This document shows, one piece after another, positions 18,968 through 26,939 of a stretch of 64,000 bases of DNA. The stretch lies in contig NZ_JBBHLB010000005.1 in assembly GCF_037572415.1 (NCBI RefSeq), positions 150,050 through 214,049 on the forward strand. Direction: 5' to 3'. The notes below the pieces were generated by a model. It had not been told where the DNA came from. It saw only the letters and a program-made list of their open reading frames with translations, and made no database searches. Position 1 is the stretch's first letter. Every line of letters begins with the position of its first letter. The stretch comes from Flavonifractor porci. GTDB taxonomy: Bacteria; Bacillota; Clostridia; Oscillospirales; Oscillospiraceae. Both the position numbers and the translations under genes were made by a program.

Positions 18968-19639
18968 TCAGCCCTTCAGCTTCTCGATGGCGGCCTTGGC
19001 TGCTGCCTGCTCTGCCTCTTTTTTGCTGCGGCCCTTGCCCTGGCCGATTGGGGTACCGTTCAGGTCCACCTCCACCGAGAAGATCTTGGCGTGATCGGGG
19101 CCCTCGGCGCCGATGAGCTGATAGCCCAGCACCTGGCCACTCTCCCGCTGGACCAGCTCCTGCAGGGCAGTTTTGTAGTCCCGGCTGGCGCTCTTCTCCT
19201 CTTCCCGGTCCAGGATAAATTTCTGGATGATCTTACGGGCGGAGCCGATGCCGCCATCCAGGTAGACAGCAGCGATCACCGCCTCCACCGCGTCGGCCAC
19301 GATGGAGGGCCGCTCCCGGCCGCCGCCAGCATCCTCACCCTTGCCCAGTTTCAGGTAGGCCCCCAGGTCCAGCTGCTGGGCCACCTCCACCAGGCTGCCC
19401 TCGCACACCAGAGCTGCCCGGGTGCGGGTCAGATCCCCCTCGGGCAGATCGGGATGGGTGCGGAACAGGTAGTCCGCCGTCACCATACCCAGCACGGAGT
19501 CTCCCAGAAACTCCAACCGCTCATTGCTCTGGCACCCTCTCGCTTTATTCTCGTTGGCATAGGAGCTGTGGGTCAGAGCATTTTCCAACAGGGCCCGCTG
19601 GTTGAAGCGGTAACCCAGCTTTTCTTCCAAGGCTTCCAT
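18968..19639 (-). CDS. rnc: ribonuclease III
   Basis: RNase III signature NERLEFLGDSVL and a C-terminal dsRBD. It lies in the conserved acpP–rnc–smc–ftsY neighbourhood. Confidence 0.9.
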   Translation of the reverse strand: MEALEEKLGYRFNQRALLENALTHSSYANENKARGCQSNERLEFLGDSVLGMVTADYLFRTHPDLPEGDLTRTRAALVCEGSLVEVAQQLDLGAYLKLGKGEDAGGGRERPSIVADAVEAVIAAVYLDGGIGSARKIIQKFILDREEEKSASRDYKTALQELVQRESGQVLGYQLIGAEGPDHAKIFSVEVDLNGTPIGQGKGRSKKEAEQAAAKAAIEKLKG

Positions 19640-19662
19640 GGCCGTCCCTCCCTTTCATGACA

Positions 19663-19687
19663 GGAGCCCCGCCGTCGGCGGGGCTCC
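19663..19687. terminator. hairpin GGAGCCCCGCC-GTC-GGCGGGGCTCC downstream of acpP
   Basis: Perfect 11-bp GC stem between the acpP stop and the rnc start. Confidence 0.55.
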
Positions 19688-19703
19688 CCAGTCTGATCCT
19701 GTG

Positions 19704-19943
19704 TCAGTCTTCCAGTTTGGACTTCAGATAGCGGACCAGGTCGGCCACGGTGGCAACGCCGGACAGGTCATCCTCGTCCATATTCTCCAGGCCGAACTCC
19801 TCTTCCACCGCCATGGTCAGTTCCACGATGTCCAGAGAGTCGGCGCCCAGGTCCTCGAAGGAGGTGTCCATGGTAATGCTGTCGGTTTCCACACCAAACT
19901 GCTCGGACAGCAGACCGGCAATCTTCTCAAAAATCATGTTCAT
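19704..19943 (-). CDS. acpP: acyl carrier protein
   Basis: 79 aa with the phosphopantetheine attachment motif LGADSLD. Confidence 0.9.
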   Translation of the reverse strand: MNMIFEKIAGLLSEQFGVETDSITMDTSFEDLGADSLDIVELTMAVEEEFGLENMDEDDLSGVATVADLVRYLKSKLED

Positions 19944-19983
19944 CTACTCCTGTCGCATCCGTCGTCCGACGGCGTCTTTGCAT

Positions 19984-20005
19984 TTGCACTATGATAATAG
20001 TGCAA
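19984..20005. promoter_or_regulatory. perfect 9-4-9 palindrome TTGCACTAT-GATA-ATAGTGCAA overlapping the predicted -10 of the acpP promoter, a candidate repressor operator
   Basis: The reverse strand reads TTGACA-18 nt-TATTAT, with the palindrome covering the -10 element. Confidence 0.45.
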
Positions 20006-20031
20006 GTCTTGAGGGCCTGTCAATAGGTAAC

Positions 20032-21069
20032 TCAAATTTTTTCCTCTGCGTTGGTAGGCAGGCGCATATATTCGATATTGTCCACCAGATCGTCGATCAT
20101 GCCGGAGGACGCAAAATCCCGGGCCTGACGGATGGCGTTCTTGATGGCGTAGTCATTAGAGGAACCATGAGCCTTGATCACCGGCTTGGAAATGCCGATG
20201 AGAGCGGTACCGCCCACCTCGCTGGAGTCCATCTTCTTTTTAAACTGCTTCAGTCCGCCGGACACCAGCACCGCAGCCAGCTTGGTCAGGAAGCTTTTCT
20301 TGAACATGGCCTTCAGTTCCTTGGCCATATACCCAGCGGTGCCCTCCATGGTCTTGAGGAAGATATTGCCCGAGTAGCCGTCGGACACAATGACATCTAC
20401 CTGGCCAAACACCGCCTCACGGGCCTCCACGTTGCCCACGAAGTGGATGCGCCCGGCCTTGTCGGCGGCGGTGAGCAGGGCGTGGGCCTCCCGCTGCAGG
20501 TCGGTGCCCTTGGAGGGTTCAGCGCCAATGTTCAACAAGCCCACCTTGGGCTCGGGGCGCTTGAGCACCCGCTCGGCGTAGTAGGAGCCCATAAAGGCGA
20601 ACTGGAGCAGGTACTCCGGAGTGCCCTCAGCGGTAGCGCCGCAGTCGATGAGCACCGCCCCGCCGGCACCGGTGGGCACCACAGGAGCCAGGGCGGCCCG
20701 GCGGATGCCGCGCACCCGCTTGATCATCAGGGTGGCGGCGGAGAGCAGGGCGCCGGTGCTGCCGGCGGACACGAAGGCATCGCCGTCCCCGTTTTTCAGC
20801 AGGTTGAGGCCCACGGTGAGGGAGGAGTCCTTCTTCTCCCGGAAGGCGGTGGCAGGGTTGCCGCACATCTCCACCACCTGGCTGGCGTGGGCGATCTCCA
20901 GGCCGGGAGGCAGCTCGTTGATACCGTCGTCCTTCAGGACCTTGAGGATATCCTCTCCCCGGCCCACCAGAATGACCTCCACCCCCAGCTCACGGACCGC
21001 GGCCAGTGCGCCCCGCACATTGGAAGCCGGCGCGTTGTCGCCCCCCATGGCGTCTACGATGATCTTCAT
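20032..21069 (-). CDS. plsX: phosphate acyltransferase PlsX
   Basis: MKIIVDAMGGDNAP… N-terminus and the conserved PlsX core. Confidence 0.9.
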   Translation of the reverse strand: MKIIVDAMGGDNAPASNVRGALAAVRELGVEVILVGRGEDILKVLKDDGINELPPGLEIAHASQVVEMCGNPATAFREKKDSSLTVGLNLLKNGDGDAFVSAGSTGALLSAATLMIKRVRGIRRAALAPVVPTGAGGAVLIDCGATAEGTPEYLLQFAFMGSYYAERVLKRPEPKVGLLNIGAEPSKGTDLQREAHALLTAADKAGRIHFVGNVEAREAVFGQVDVIVSDGYSGNIFLKTMEGTAGYMAKELKAMFKKSFLTKLAAVLVSGGLKQFKKKMDSSEVGGTALIGISKPVIKAHGSSNDYAIKNAIRQARDFASSGMIDDLVDNIEYMRLPTNAEEKI

Positions 21070-21120
21070 ATGGTTCTCCTCTTCTTTCTATGTTCTTTCC
21101 GTATCTGGTATGGGGCAAAT

Positions 21121-21209
21121 CCGGGACGGGCGACCATAAAGGTCGCTCCTACGGGGAAGTTCCGTGCCTCTGCTCGTAGGGGCGACCCTTGTGGTCGCCC
21201 GCGTTCCCC
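21121..21209. repeat. GC-rich hairpin repeat cluster containing CGTAGGGGCGACCCTTGTGGTCGCCC (REP-like)
   Basis: The motif recurs at 23329-23359 (CGTAGGGGCGACCCTTGCGGCCGCCCCTACG). Several nested stems such as GGGCGACC…GGTCGC are present. Confidence 0.45.
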
Positions 21210-21461
21210 TTACCGCCCCTGCTGCCCGTCTGTCAGGGGACGGGGTTCGTCAATCAGGCCCAGCAGATAATCCGCCGACACATTGTAATGCTCACACAGC
21301 TGGGCCAGTTTGGCAAAGGTTGACGCTTTCCGTCCATTTTCCATTTCACCGATCTGATTTGGTTTGATCCCCAGCAATTCTGCCAGCTCCTGCTGAGTCT
21401 CGCCCCGCAGTTTTCGCAGTTCCTTCAACCGTATGCCAAATAACTCGTTGGAGTACACCAA
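21210..21461 (-). CDS. XRE-family helix-turn-helix transcriptional regulator
   Basis: HTH segment QQELAELLGIKPNQIGEMENGRKASTFAKLAQL. The start is TTG/GTG with a GGGGGGA RBS. Confidence 0.6.
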   Translation of the reverse strand: MVYSNELFGIRLKELRKLRGETQQELAELLGIKPNQIGEMENGRKASTFAKLAQLCEHYNVSADYLLGLIDEPRPLTDGQQGR

Positions 21462-21476
21462 ATCCCCCCTTGACGA

Positions 21477-21520
21477 CCCCCACTAATAGCGTGTATAATA
21501 AATACACGCTATTAGTGGGG
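21477..21520. promoter_or_regulatory. perfect 19-bp inverted repeat CCCCACTAATAGCGTGTAT-AATAA-ATACACGCTATTAGTGGGG filling the divergent intergenic region, a probable operator
   Basis: The palindrome occupies essentially the whole gap between the XRE start and the divergent small ORF. Confidence 0.55.
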
Positions 21521-21527
21521 TTGTGAT

Positions 21528-21767
21528 ATGAACCTTTTGATTTCCGACCTGTTCTCCCTGTCTCAGGAGCATTTCCCCGCCGTCCCCGACGCTGAGGACT
21601 CCTCCCGCCAGCGGCTGCTGTCCCGGCATCTGGATGCCGTCAGGGGCAGTCTGGGGGAGGATTTTGTGGACAAGCTACGGGACCTCACGGATGAGCAGGG
21701 CCTGCGGGATCAGGAGGCCGCCTTTCTCCAGGGCCTGAGGCTGGGCCTCTCCCTCCACCGTCTGTAG
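21528..21767 (+). CDS. hypothetical small acidic protein (79 aa) divergent from the XRE regulator
   Basis: Open frame with a terminator hairpin immediately after its stop. No recognisable domain. Confidence 0.35.
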   Translation: MNLLISDLFSLSQEHFPAVPDAEDSSRQRLLSRHLDAVRGSLGEDFVDKLRDLTDEQGLRDQEAAFLQGLRLGLSLHRL

Positions 21768-21789
21768 GGGCCGATGCCCTCATCGGCCC
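21767..21789. terminator. hairpin GGCCGATG-CCCT-CATCGGCC, the ancestral bidirectional terminator
   Basis: Stem-loop directly after the 21528..21767 stop and directly after the displaced trmFO 3' copy. Confidence 0.5.
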
Positions 21790-21859
21790 TCCACATCCAG
21801 TCCCGCCAGCGCTTCCAAGGCTCGCTTACTCAATTCAGCGTTCTTGTTCCGCTTGTTCC
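21790..21859 (-). repeat. displaced, diverged copy of the last ~70 nt of trmFO (encodes …NKRNKNAELSKRALEALAGLDVEGR*)
   Basis: ~85% identical to 22006-22078, the true end encoding …KGKRNKNAELSKRALEMLAGLDVE*. Most differences are synonymous. Confidence 0.75.
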
Positions 21860-22005
21860 CCACGGAAATCATATTTCCGTGGGAGCCCCGATCCTTAAAT
21901 CTGCTCGGGCGAAGTGAATTCGCCCGGCATCAAGATTTTGCTTCGCAAAATACTTGGCGCCGCACGGCGGCGGGTCGCTTTCGCTCCCGGGCAAGCGGAC
22001 GCGCC
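21860..22005 (-). repeat. copy B of the structured element family, inserted exactly at the trmFO stop codon
   Basis: Contains the palindrome CCCACGGAAAT-CAT-ATTTCCGTGGG, then GAGCCCC, a core hairpin CGGGCGAA-GTGAA-TTCGCCCG, an ATTTTGC-TTC-GCAAAAT hairpin, and a GC-rich proximal hairpin. Confidence 0.65.
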
Positions 22006-23310
22006 TTATTCTACATCCAGTCCCGCCAGCATTTCCAGAGCCCGCTTACTCAATTCGGCATTCTTATTCCGCTTGCCCTTGACCTTATAGCCCAGAGGCG
22101 GGATGATGCCGAAATTCACGTTCATGGGCTGGAAATCGGTAACGCTCTCATTGCTGATATACAGAGCCAGCGCGCCGGTGGCGGTCTCCTGAGGGAAATC
22201 CACCGGCGGCTTGCCGGTGAGCCGCCGGGCCAGCTCCACCGCCGCCAGGAAGCCGGAGGCGGTGGACTCCACATAGCCCTCCACGCCGGTGATCTGCCCG
22301 GCAAAGCAGATACGCGGGTCCTTCTTCACCCGGTAATACCGGTCCAGCAGCCGGGGAGAATCCAGATAGGTGTTGCGGTGCATGACGCCGTAGCGGACAA
22401 ACTCCGCGTTTTTCAGGGCGGGGATCATGGAAAACACCCGCTTCTGCTCCGGCCACTTCAGGTGGGTCTGGAAGCCCACCAGATTGTAGATGGTGCCGTC
22501 AGCGTTATCCCGCCGCAGCTGCACCACAGCGAAGGGCTCCTTGCCGGTCTTGGGGTCCCGCAGACCACGGGGCTTCAGTGGCCCGTAGCACAGGGTCTGC
22601 TTGCCCCGGCGGGCCATGACCTCCACCGGCATACAGCCCTCAAACACATTCTTGTCCTCAAAACCGTGGACCTCCGCCTCCTGGGCGGCACACAGCTCGG
22701 TCCAGAATGCGTCGTACTCCTCCTCGGTCATGGGGCAGTTGATGTAGTCCGGAGTGCCCTTGTCGTAGCGGGAGGCAAAGAAGGCGCTCTCCATGTCCAC
22801 GCTCTCAAAGGTGACCAGAGGGGCGGCGGCGTCAAAGAAGTTGAGGTAGTGGCTCTCCGGGAAGAAATCCTTAATGGCATCCGCCAGCACGTCGGAGGTC
22901 AGGGGCCCGGAGGCCACAATCACGTTGCCCTCTTCGGGAATCCGGGTGACTTCCTCCTCCACCACTGTGATGAGGGGATGATTGCGGATCTTCTCGGTGA
23001 TGGCCTGAGCAAAGCCGTGGCGGTCCACCGCCAGGGCGCCGCCGGCCTCCACCCTGTGCTCGTCGGCGCAGGACAGGATGAGGGAACCCATCCGCCGCAG
23101 CTCCTCCTTCAGCAGGCCCACCGCGTTCTCCAGCTGGTCGGAGCGCAGGGAGTTGGAGCACACCAGCTCGCCGAACCACTGGGTGTGGTGGGCGGGGGTC
23201 ATTTTGTGGGGCTTCATTTCCTTCAGGATCACGGGGATGCCCCGCCGGGCCAGCTGCCACGCAGCCTCACACCCGGCCAGACCCGCGCCGATCACGCGTA
23301 CAGGTTCCAT
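22006..23310 (-). CDS. trmFO: methylenetetrahydrofolate--tRNA-(uracil54-C5)-methyltransferase TrmFO (Gid)
   Basis: MEPVRVIGAGLAGCEAAWQLA… FAD-binding N-terminus and the TrmFO core. Confidence 0.9.
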   Translation of the reverse strand: MEPVRVIGAGLAGCEAAWQLARRGIPVILKEMKPHKMTPAHHTQWFGELVCSNSLRSDQLENAVGLLKEELRRMGSLILSCADEHRVEAGGALAVDRHGFAQAITEKIRNHPLITVVEEEVTRIPEEGNVIVASGPLTSDVLADAIKDFFPESHYLNFFDAAAPLVTFESVDMESAFFASRYDKGTPDYINCPMTEEEYDAFWTELCAAQEAEVHGFEDKNVFEGCMPVEVMARRGKQTLCYGPLKPRGLRDPKTGKEPFAVVQLRRDNADGTIYNLVGFQTHLKWPEQKRVFSMIPALKNAEFVRYGVMHRNTYLDSPRLLDRYYRVKKDPRICFAGQITGVEGYVESTASGFLAAVELARRLTGKPPVDFPQETATGALALYISNESVTDFQPMNVNFGIIPPLGYKVKGKRNKNAELSKRALEMLAGLDVE

Positions 23311-23328
23311 AGGTTCTCCTTTTCAGCC

Positions 23329-23359
23329 CGTAGGGGCGACCCTTGCGGCCGCCCCTACG
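23329..23359. repeat. REP-like hairpin CGTAGGGGCG-ACCCTTGCGGC-CGCCCCTACG overlapping the topA stop
   Basis: Perfect 10-bp stem that shares the CGTAGGGGCGACCCTTG motif with 21175-21200. Confidence 0.5.
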
Positions 23360-25676
23360 ATTCCGCTTTCTGTTTGGCGGCAGGCTTCCTGGCCGCCGTC
23401 TTTTTTGTTGTGGTCTTTTTGGCGGCGGCAGTCTTTTTGGCGGCCGTCGTCTTCTTGGTGGCGGTCTTTTTCGCCGCCGTCTTCTTGGCGGGCTTCTTCT
23501 CCTCCTCGGGGGGAGCGCCCTCCGCAGGAGTCTCCGTGGCGGCGGTGGTCTTTTTCTTATAGCCCCGCTGGTCCTCGGGCAGGAAGTTGGGGCACTCGGG
23601 GTTGATGCAGAAGGGCTTCTTGAACCCACGGCCCGACTTCTTAAACAGGGTATGGCCGCACTCGGGACAGTTGTCCTTCACAGGTACATCCCAGGTCATA
23701 AAGTCGCAGCGGCGGGCCTCATCCTTATTGGAGTTGTTCTCGCAGCCATAATAGGCATAGCCCCGCTTGGAGGTCTTTTTCAGAATCTTGCCGCCGCACT
23801 TGGGGCACTTGCCCGGCATCTCGATGACGATGGGCTGGGTGTGGTCGCACTCCGGCCAGCCGGGACAGGCCAGGAACCTGCCAAACCTGCCGGATTTATA
23901 TACCAGATTGCGGCCGCACTTGGGACAGATCACGTCGGACACCTCGTCGGGCACCTTGATGCGCTCGCCGTCCAGGTCCTGCTCTGCCTGCTTCAGTTCC
24001 TTCTCAAAGCCGCCGTAGAACTGGCTCAGCAGACTCTTCCAGTCCACCTTGCCGGTCTCCACCTCGTCCAGCTGCTCCTCCATGTTGGCGGTGAAGGCGG
24101 TATCCACAATATCGGTGAATTTGTCCTTCATCAGGCCGGTGACCACCTCGCCCAGAGGGGTGGGCCGCAGGTTTTTGCCCTCCTTCACCACATACTCCCG
24201 GTCCAGGATGGTGGAGATGGTGGGGGCGTAGGTGGAGGGGCGTCCGATGCCCTTCTCCTCCAGGGCCTTGATGAGGGTGGCCTCGGTGTAGCGGCTGGGG
24301 GGCTGGGTGAAGTGCTGGTCAGGGGTTAACCCCTTCAGCTCCAGGGGCTCCCCCTCCTTCAGGTCAGGCAGGGGGGACTGGAAAGTCTCGTCCTCCTCGT
24401 CCTTGCCCTCCACGTACACGGCAGTGTAGCCGGAGAACTTGAGGGAGGAGTGGGTGGCCCGGAAGGTATAGCCGGCGGACTCCACCTCGATGGACACGCT
24501 GTCATAGATGGCGGAAGCCATCTGGCAGGCCAGAAAGCGGCTCCAAATCAATTTATAGAGCTTGTACTGCTCGGCGGTGAGGGACTTTTTGATGTCCTCC
24601 GGAGTGAGGGCCACGTTGGAGGGCCGGATGGCCTCGTGGGCGTCCTGGGCCCCCGACTTGGTCTTGTACACCCGGGGCTTGCCGGGGTAGTACTGCTCCC
24701 CGTAACGGGACAGGATGAAATCCCGGGCGGCGGCGGTAGCCTCGTCGGACAGACGGAGGGAATCGGTACGCATATAGGTGATGAGACCCACGGTACCCTC
24801 GCCCTCAATGTCCACGCCTTCATAGAGCTGCTGGGCGATGGACATGGTGCGCCGGGGGGTCATGTTCAGCTTGCGGCTGGCCTCCTGCTGGAGGGTAGAG
24901 GTGATGAAGGGGGGCGCCGGGTTGCGCTGCTTGTCCTGGCGCTTGACGCTCTTCACAGAGAAGGGGGCAGCCTGGACGGCCAGGGCCACTTCCTGAACGG
25001 CCTGTTCGCTGTTCAGTTCCATCTTCTTCTCTCTGCCGTAGAAGCTGGCCTTGAACTGCCCCAGATTGGGGGAGATACGGGCCAGATCGGCCTCCAGGGA
25101 CCAGTATTCCTGAGGCACGAAGGCCTTGATGTCTGCCTCCCGCTCACACACCAGCCTGGTGGCCACCGACTGTACCCGGCCGGCGGACAGGCCCCGGCGG
25201 ATCTTTTTCCACAGCAGGGGGGAGATCTGATAGCCCACGATGCGGTCCAGCACCCTTCTCGCCTGCTGGGCATTGACCAGGTCCATGTCGATGGCACGGG
25301 GGTGGGCGATGGAGTCATTGACCACCTTCTTGGTGATCTCGTTGAAGGTCACCCGGTAGGTCTTGTCGTCAGGAATCCCCAGCATCTCCTTCAGATGCCA
25401 GGAGATGGCCTCTCCTTCCCGGTCAGGGTCGGTGGCCAGAAATACTTTATCGCTCTTCTTGGCGGCCTTGGTCAGGTCGTCGATGACCTCTTCCTTGCCC
25501 TTGATGGGCTGATAGTCCACCGTGAAGTCGTTGTCCACATCCACGCCCAGCTTGCTTTTGGGCAGGTCCCGGACATGGCCCATGGAGGCCTTCACCTGAT
25601 AGCCGGGCCCCAGATATTTGCCAATGGTCTTGGCCTTCGCCGGGGACTCGACGATCACCAGATTCGATTTCGCCAC
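23355..25676 (-). CDS. topA: DNA topoisomerase I with C-terminal zinc ribbons and a lysine/alanine-rich basic tail
   Basis: TOPRIM N-terminus (MAKSNLVIVESPAKAKTIGKYL), multiple CxxC…CxxC zinc fingers, and a C-terminal KKTAAKKTATKK repeat tail. Confidence 0.95.
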   Translation of the reverse strand: MAKSNLVIVESPAKAKTIGKYLGPGYQVKASMGHVRDLPKSKLGVDVDNDFTVDYQPIKGKEEVIDDLTKAAKKSDKVFLATDPDREGEAISWHLKEMLGIPDDKTYRVTFNEITKKVVNDSIAHPRAIDMDLVNAQQARRVLDRIVGYQISPLLWKKIRRGLSAGRVQSVATRLVCEREADIKAFVPQEYWSLEADLARISPNLGQFKASFYGREKKMELNSEQAVQEVALAVQAAPFSVKSVKRQDKQRNPAPPFITSTLQQEASRKLNMTPRRTMSIAQQLYEGVDIEGEGTVGLITYMRTDSLRLSDEATAAARDFILSRYGEQYYPGKPRVYKTKSGAQDAHEAIRPSNVALTPEDIKKSLTAEQYKLYKLIWSRFLACQMASAIYDSVSIEVESAGYTFRATHSSLKFSGYTAVYVEGKDEEDETFQSPLPDLKEGEPLELKGLTPDQHFTQPPSRYTEATLIKALEEKGIGRPSTYAPTISTILDREYVVKEGKNLRPTPLGEVVTGLMKDKFTDIVDTAFTANMEEQLDEVETGKVDWKSLLSQFYGGFEKELKQAEQDLDGERIKVPDEVSDVICPKCGRNLVYKSGRFGRFLACPGWPECDHTQPIVIEMPGKCPKCGGKILKKTSKRGYAYYGCENNSNKDEARRCDFMTWDVPVKDNCPECGHTLFKKSGRGFKKPFCINPECPNFLPEDQRGYKKKTTAATETPAEGAPPEEEKKPAKKTAAKKTATKKTTAAKKTAAAKKTTTKKTAARKPAAKQKAES

Positions 25677-25691
25677 AGTACGATACTCCTT

Positions 25692-26915
25692 TTATTCTTG
25701 TTCCTCGAAACGGACGGCGGCGGCAAACCGCCGGCCCGGTAATTCCTTCAGATAGCCCCCAGCCTGCAGCAGGGTGAGGGCGGTATTGACCCGGCGGGCG
25801 GGGATCTCCGTCTGCCCTACGATCTCATCGGCGGTGAGGGGCTTTTCACTGAGCAGGAAGAAAATCTCCCGCTGCTCCTCCCCCATCTGCTCCAGACCGC
25901 TGCGGGGGACCACAGGCAGCCCCTCCTCCTGGGCGGGCTTTGCGGGTTTTGGCTCAGGCTCCGGCGGCGGGGTTGGCATAACCTCCAGCCGCTGGTCCGC
26001 CTCCTCGGCGGTCATAGGCTGGGGCCGGCACAGTTTGTAGGCATATCGCCCCACATACTCACACAGGATATCCCCGGCGGTACGCACCAGTTTGGCCTCG
26101 CCCTGAGCGATGAGCCGGTTGGTCCCGGCGCTGGTGGCGGCATCCACCGGCCCCGGGACCGCAAACACGTCCCGGCCCTGATCCAGGGCGTCATGGGCGG
26201 TGATAAGGGCGCCGCTGCGCTCTCCCGCCTCCACGGCCACCACACCCAGGCACAGACCGCTGAGGATACGGTTACGCAGAGGGAACCGCCAACCGTCCGG
26301 CCGGGTGCCCGGCGGATTCTCCGACAGGATGGCGCCTCGGGCCGCCACATCCTCGTAGAGCCAGCTGTTGCAGGCGGGATAGACCACATCCACACCGCCG
26401 GCCAGCACCGAGACCACAGGTCCACCGCCCTGGAGCGCTCCCTTCAGGGACGCGGCGTCGATCCCCTGAGCCAGCCCGGATACCACCAGCGCACCCGCCC
26501 GGGCCAGGCCCATGGCGATCCGCCCGGCGGTCCGCACACCGTAGGCGGAGCACTGGCGGGAGCCCACCATTGCAATGGCGACTTCTTCATCAAAGCGGAA
26601 CAGCCTTCCCTTGCCGTAGAGCACCAGGGGATAATCGCTCAGCTGGAGCAGCCGCTCCGGGTAGGCTCCATCCTGACAACTGAGCAGAAACAGCCCCAGC
26701 CGGTCGCAGTTCTCCAGAATCCGATTGGTCTGATCCAGAGATTTGTCACACAGGGATCGCCTGGCCTCCTGGGTCAGGCGCAAAGGCTCATAGGCCTCCC
26801 GGTCGGCAAAGTACACCCGCTCGGCACCGCCGAAATAGTCCAGCAGCTCCACCTGGTGCTGCTGAGACAGGCCCCGCCGGGTGGAGAGCCAAAGCAGATA
26901 TTGAATGCCCGCCAC
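25692..26915 (-). CDS. dprA: DNA-processing protein DprA (Smf)
   Basis: Rossmann-like DprA core (GSRQCSAYGVRTAGRIAMGLARAGALVVSGLAQGIDAAS) and a C-terminal winged-helix extension. Confidence 0.85.
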   Translation of the reverse strand: MAGIQYLLWLSTRRGLSQQHQVELLDYFGGAERVYFADREAYEPLRLTQEARRSLCDKSLDQTNRILENCDRLGLFLLSCQDGAYPERLLQLSDYPLVLYGKGRLFRFDEEVAIAMVGSRQCSAYGVRTAGRIAMGLARAGALVVSGLAQGIDAASLKGALQGGGPVVSVLAGGVDVVYPACNSWLYEDVAARGAILSENPPGTRPDGWRFPLRNRILSGLCLGVVAVEAGERSGALITAHDALDQGRDVFAVPGPVDAATSAGTNRLIAQGEAKLVRTAGDILCEYVGRYAYKLCRPQPMTAEEADQRLEVMPTPPPEPEPKPAKPAQEEGLPVVPRSGLEQMGEEQREIFFLLSEKPLTADEIVGQTEIPARRVNTALTLLQAGGYLKELPGRRFAAAVRFEEQE

Positions 26916-26939
26916 GGCGGAGCCTCCTCTCTTGTTGGC

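Noticed and set aside
23355-23500. Lysine/alanine-rich C-terminal tail of topA (KKTAAKKTATKK…) as a possible separate histone-like gene
   Set aside because: It is in frame and contiguous with topA with no internal start or RBS. Basic C-terminal tails on TopA occur in several bacterial lineages, for example actinobacteria. It is an extension, not a separate gene.
23343-24329. 328-aa plus-strand ORF, and the 24450..25742 ORF, antisense to topA
   Set aside because: topA on the minus strand is unambiguous (TOPRIM domain plus zinc ribbons). The antisense frames are Gly/Leu-rich artefacts.
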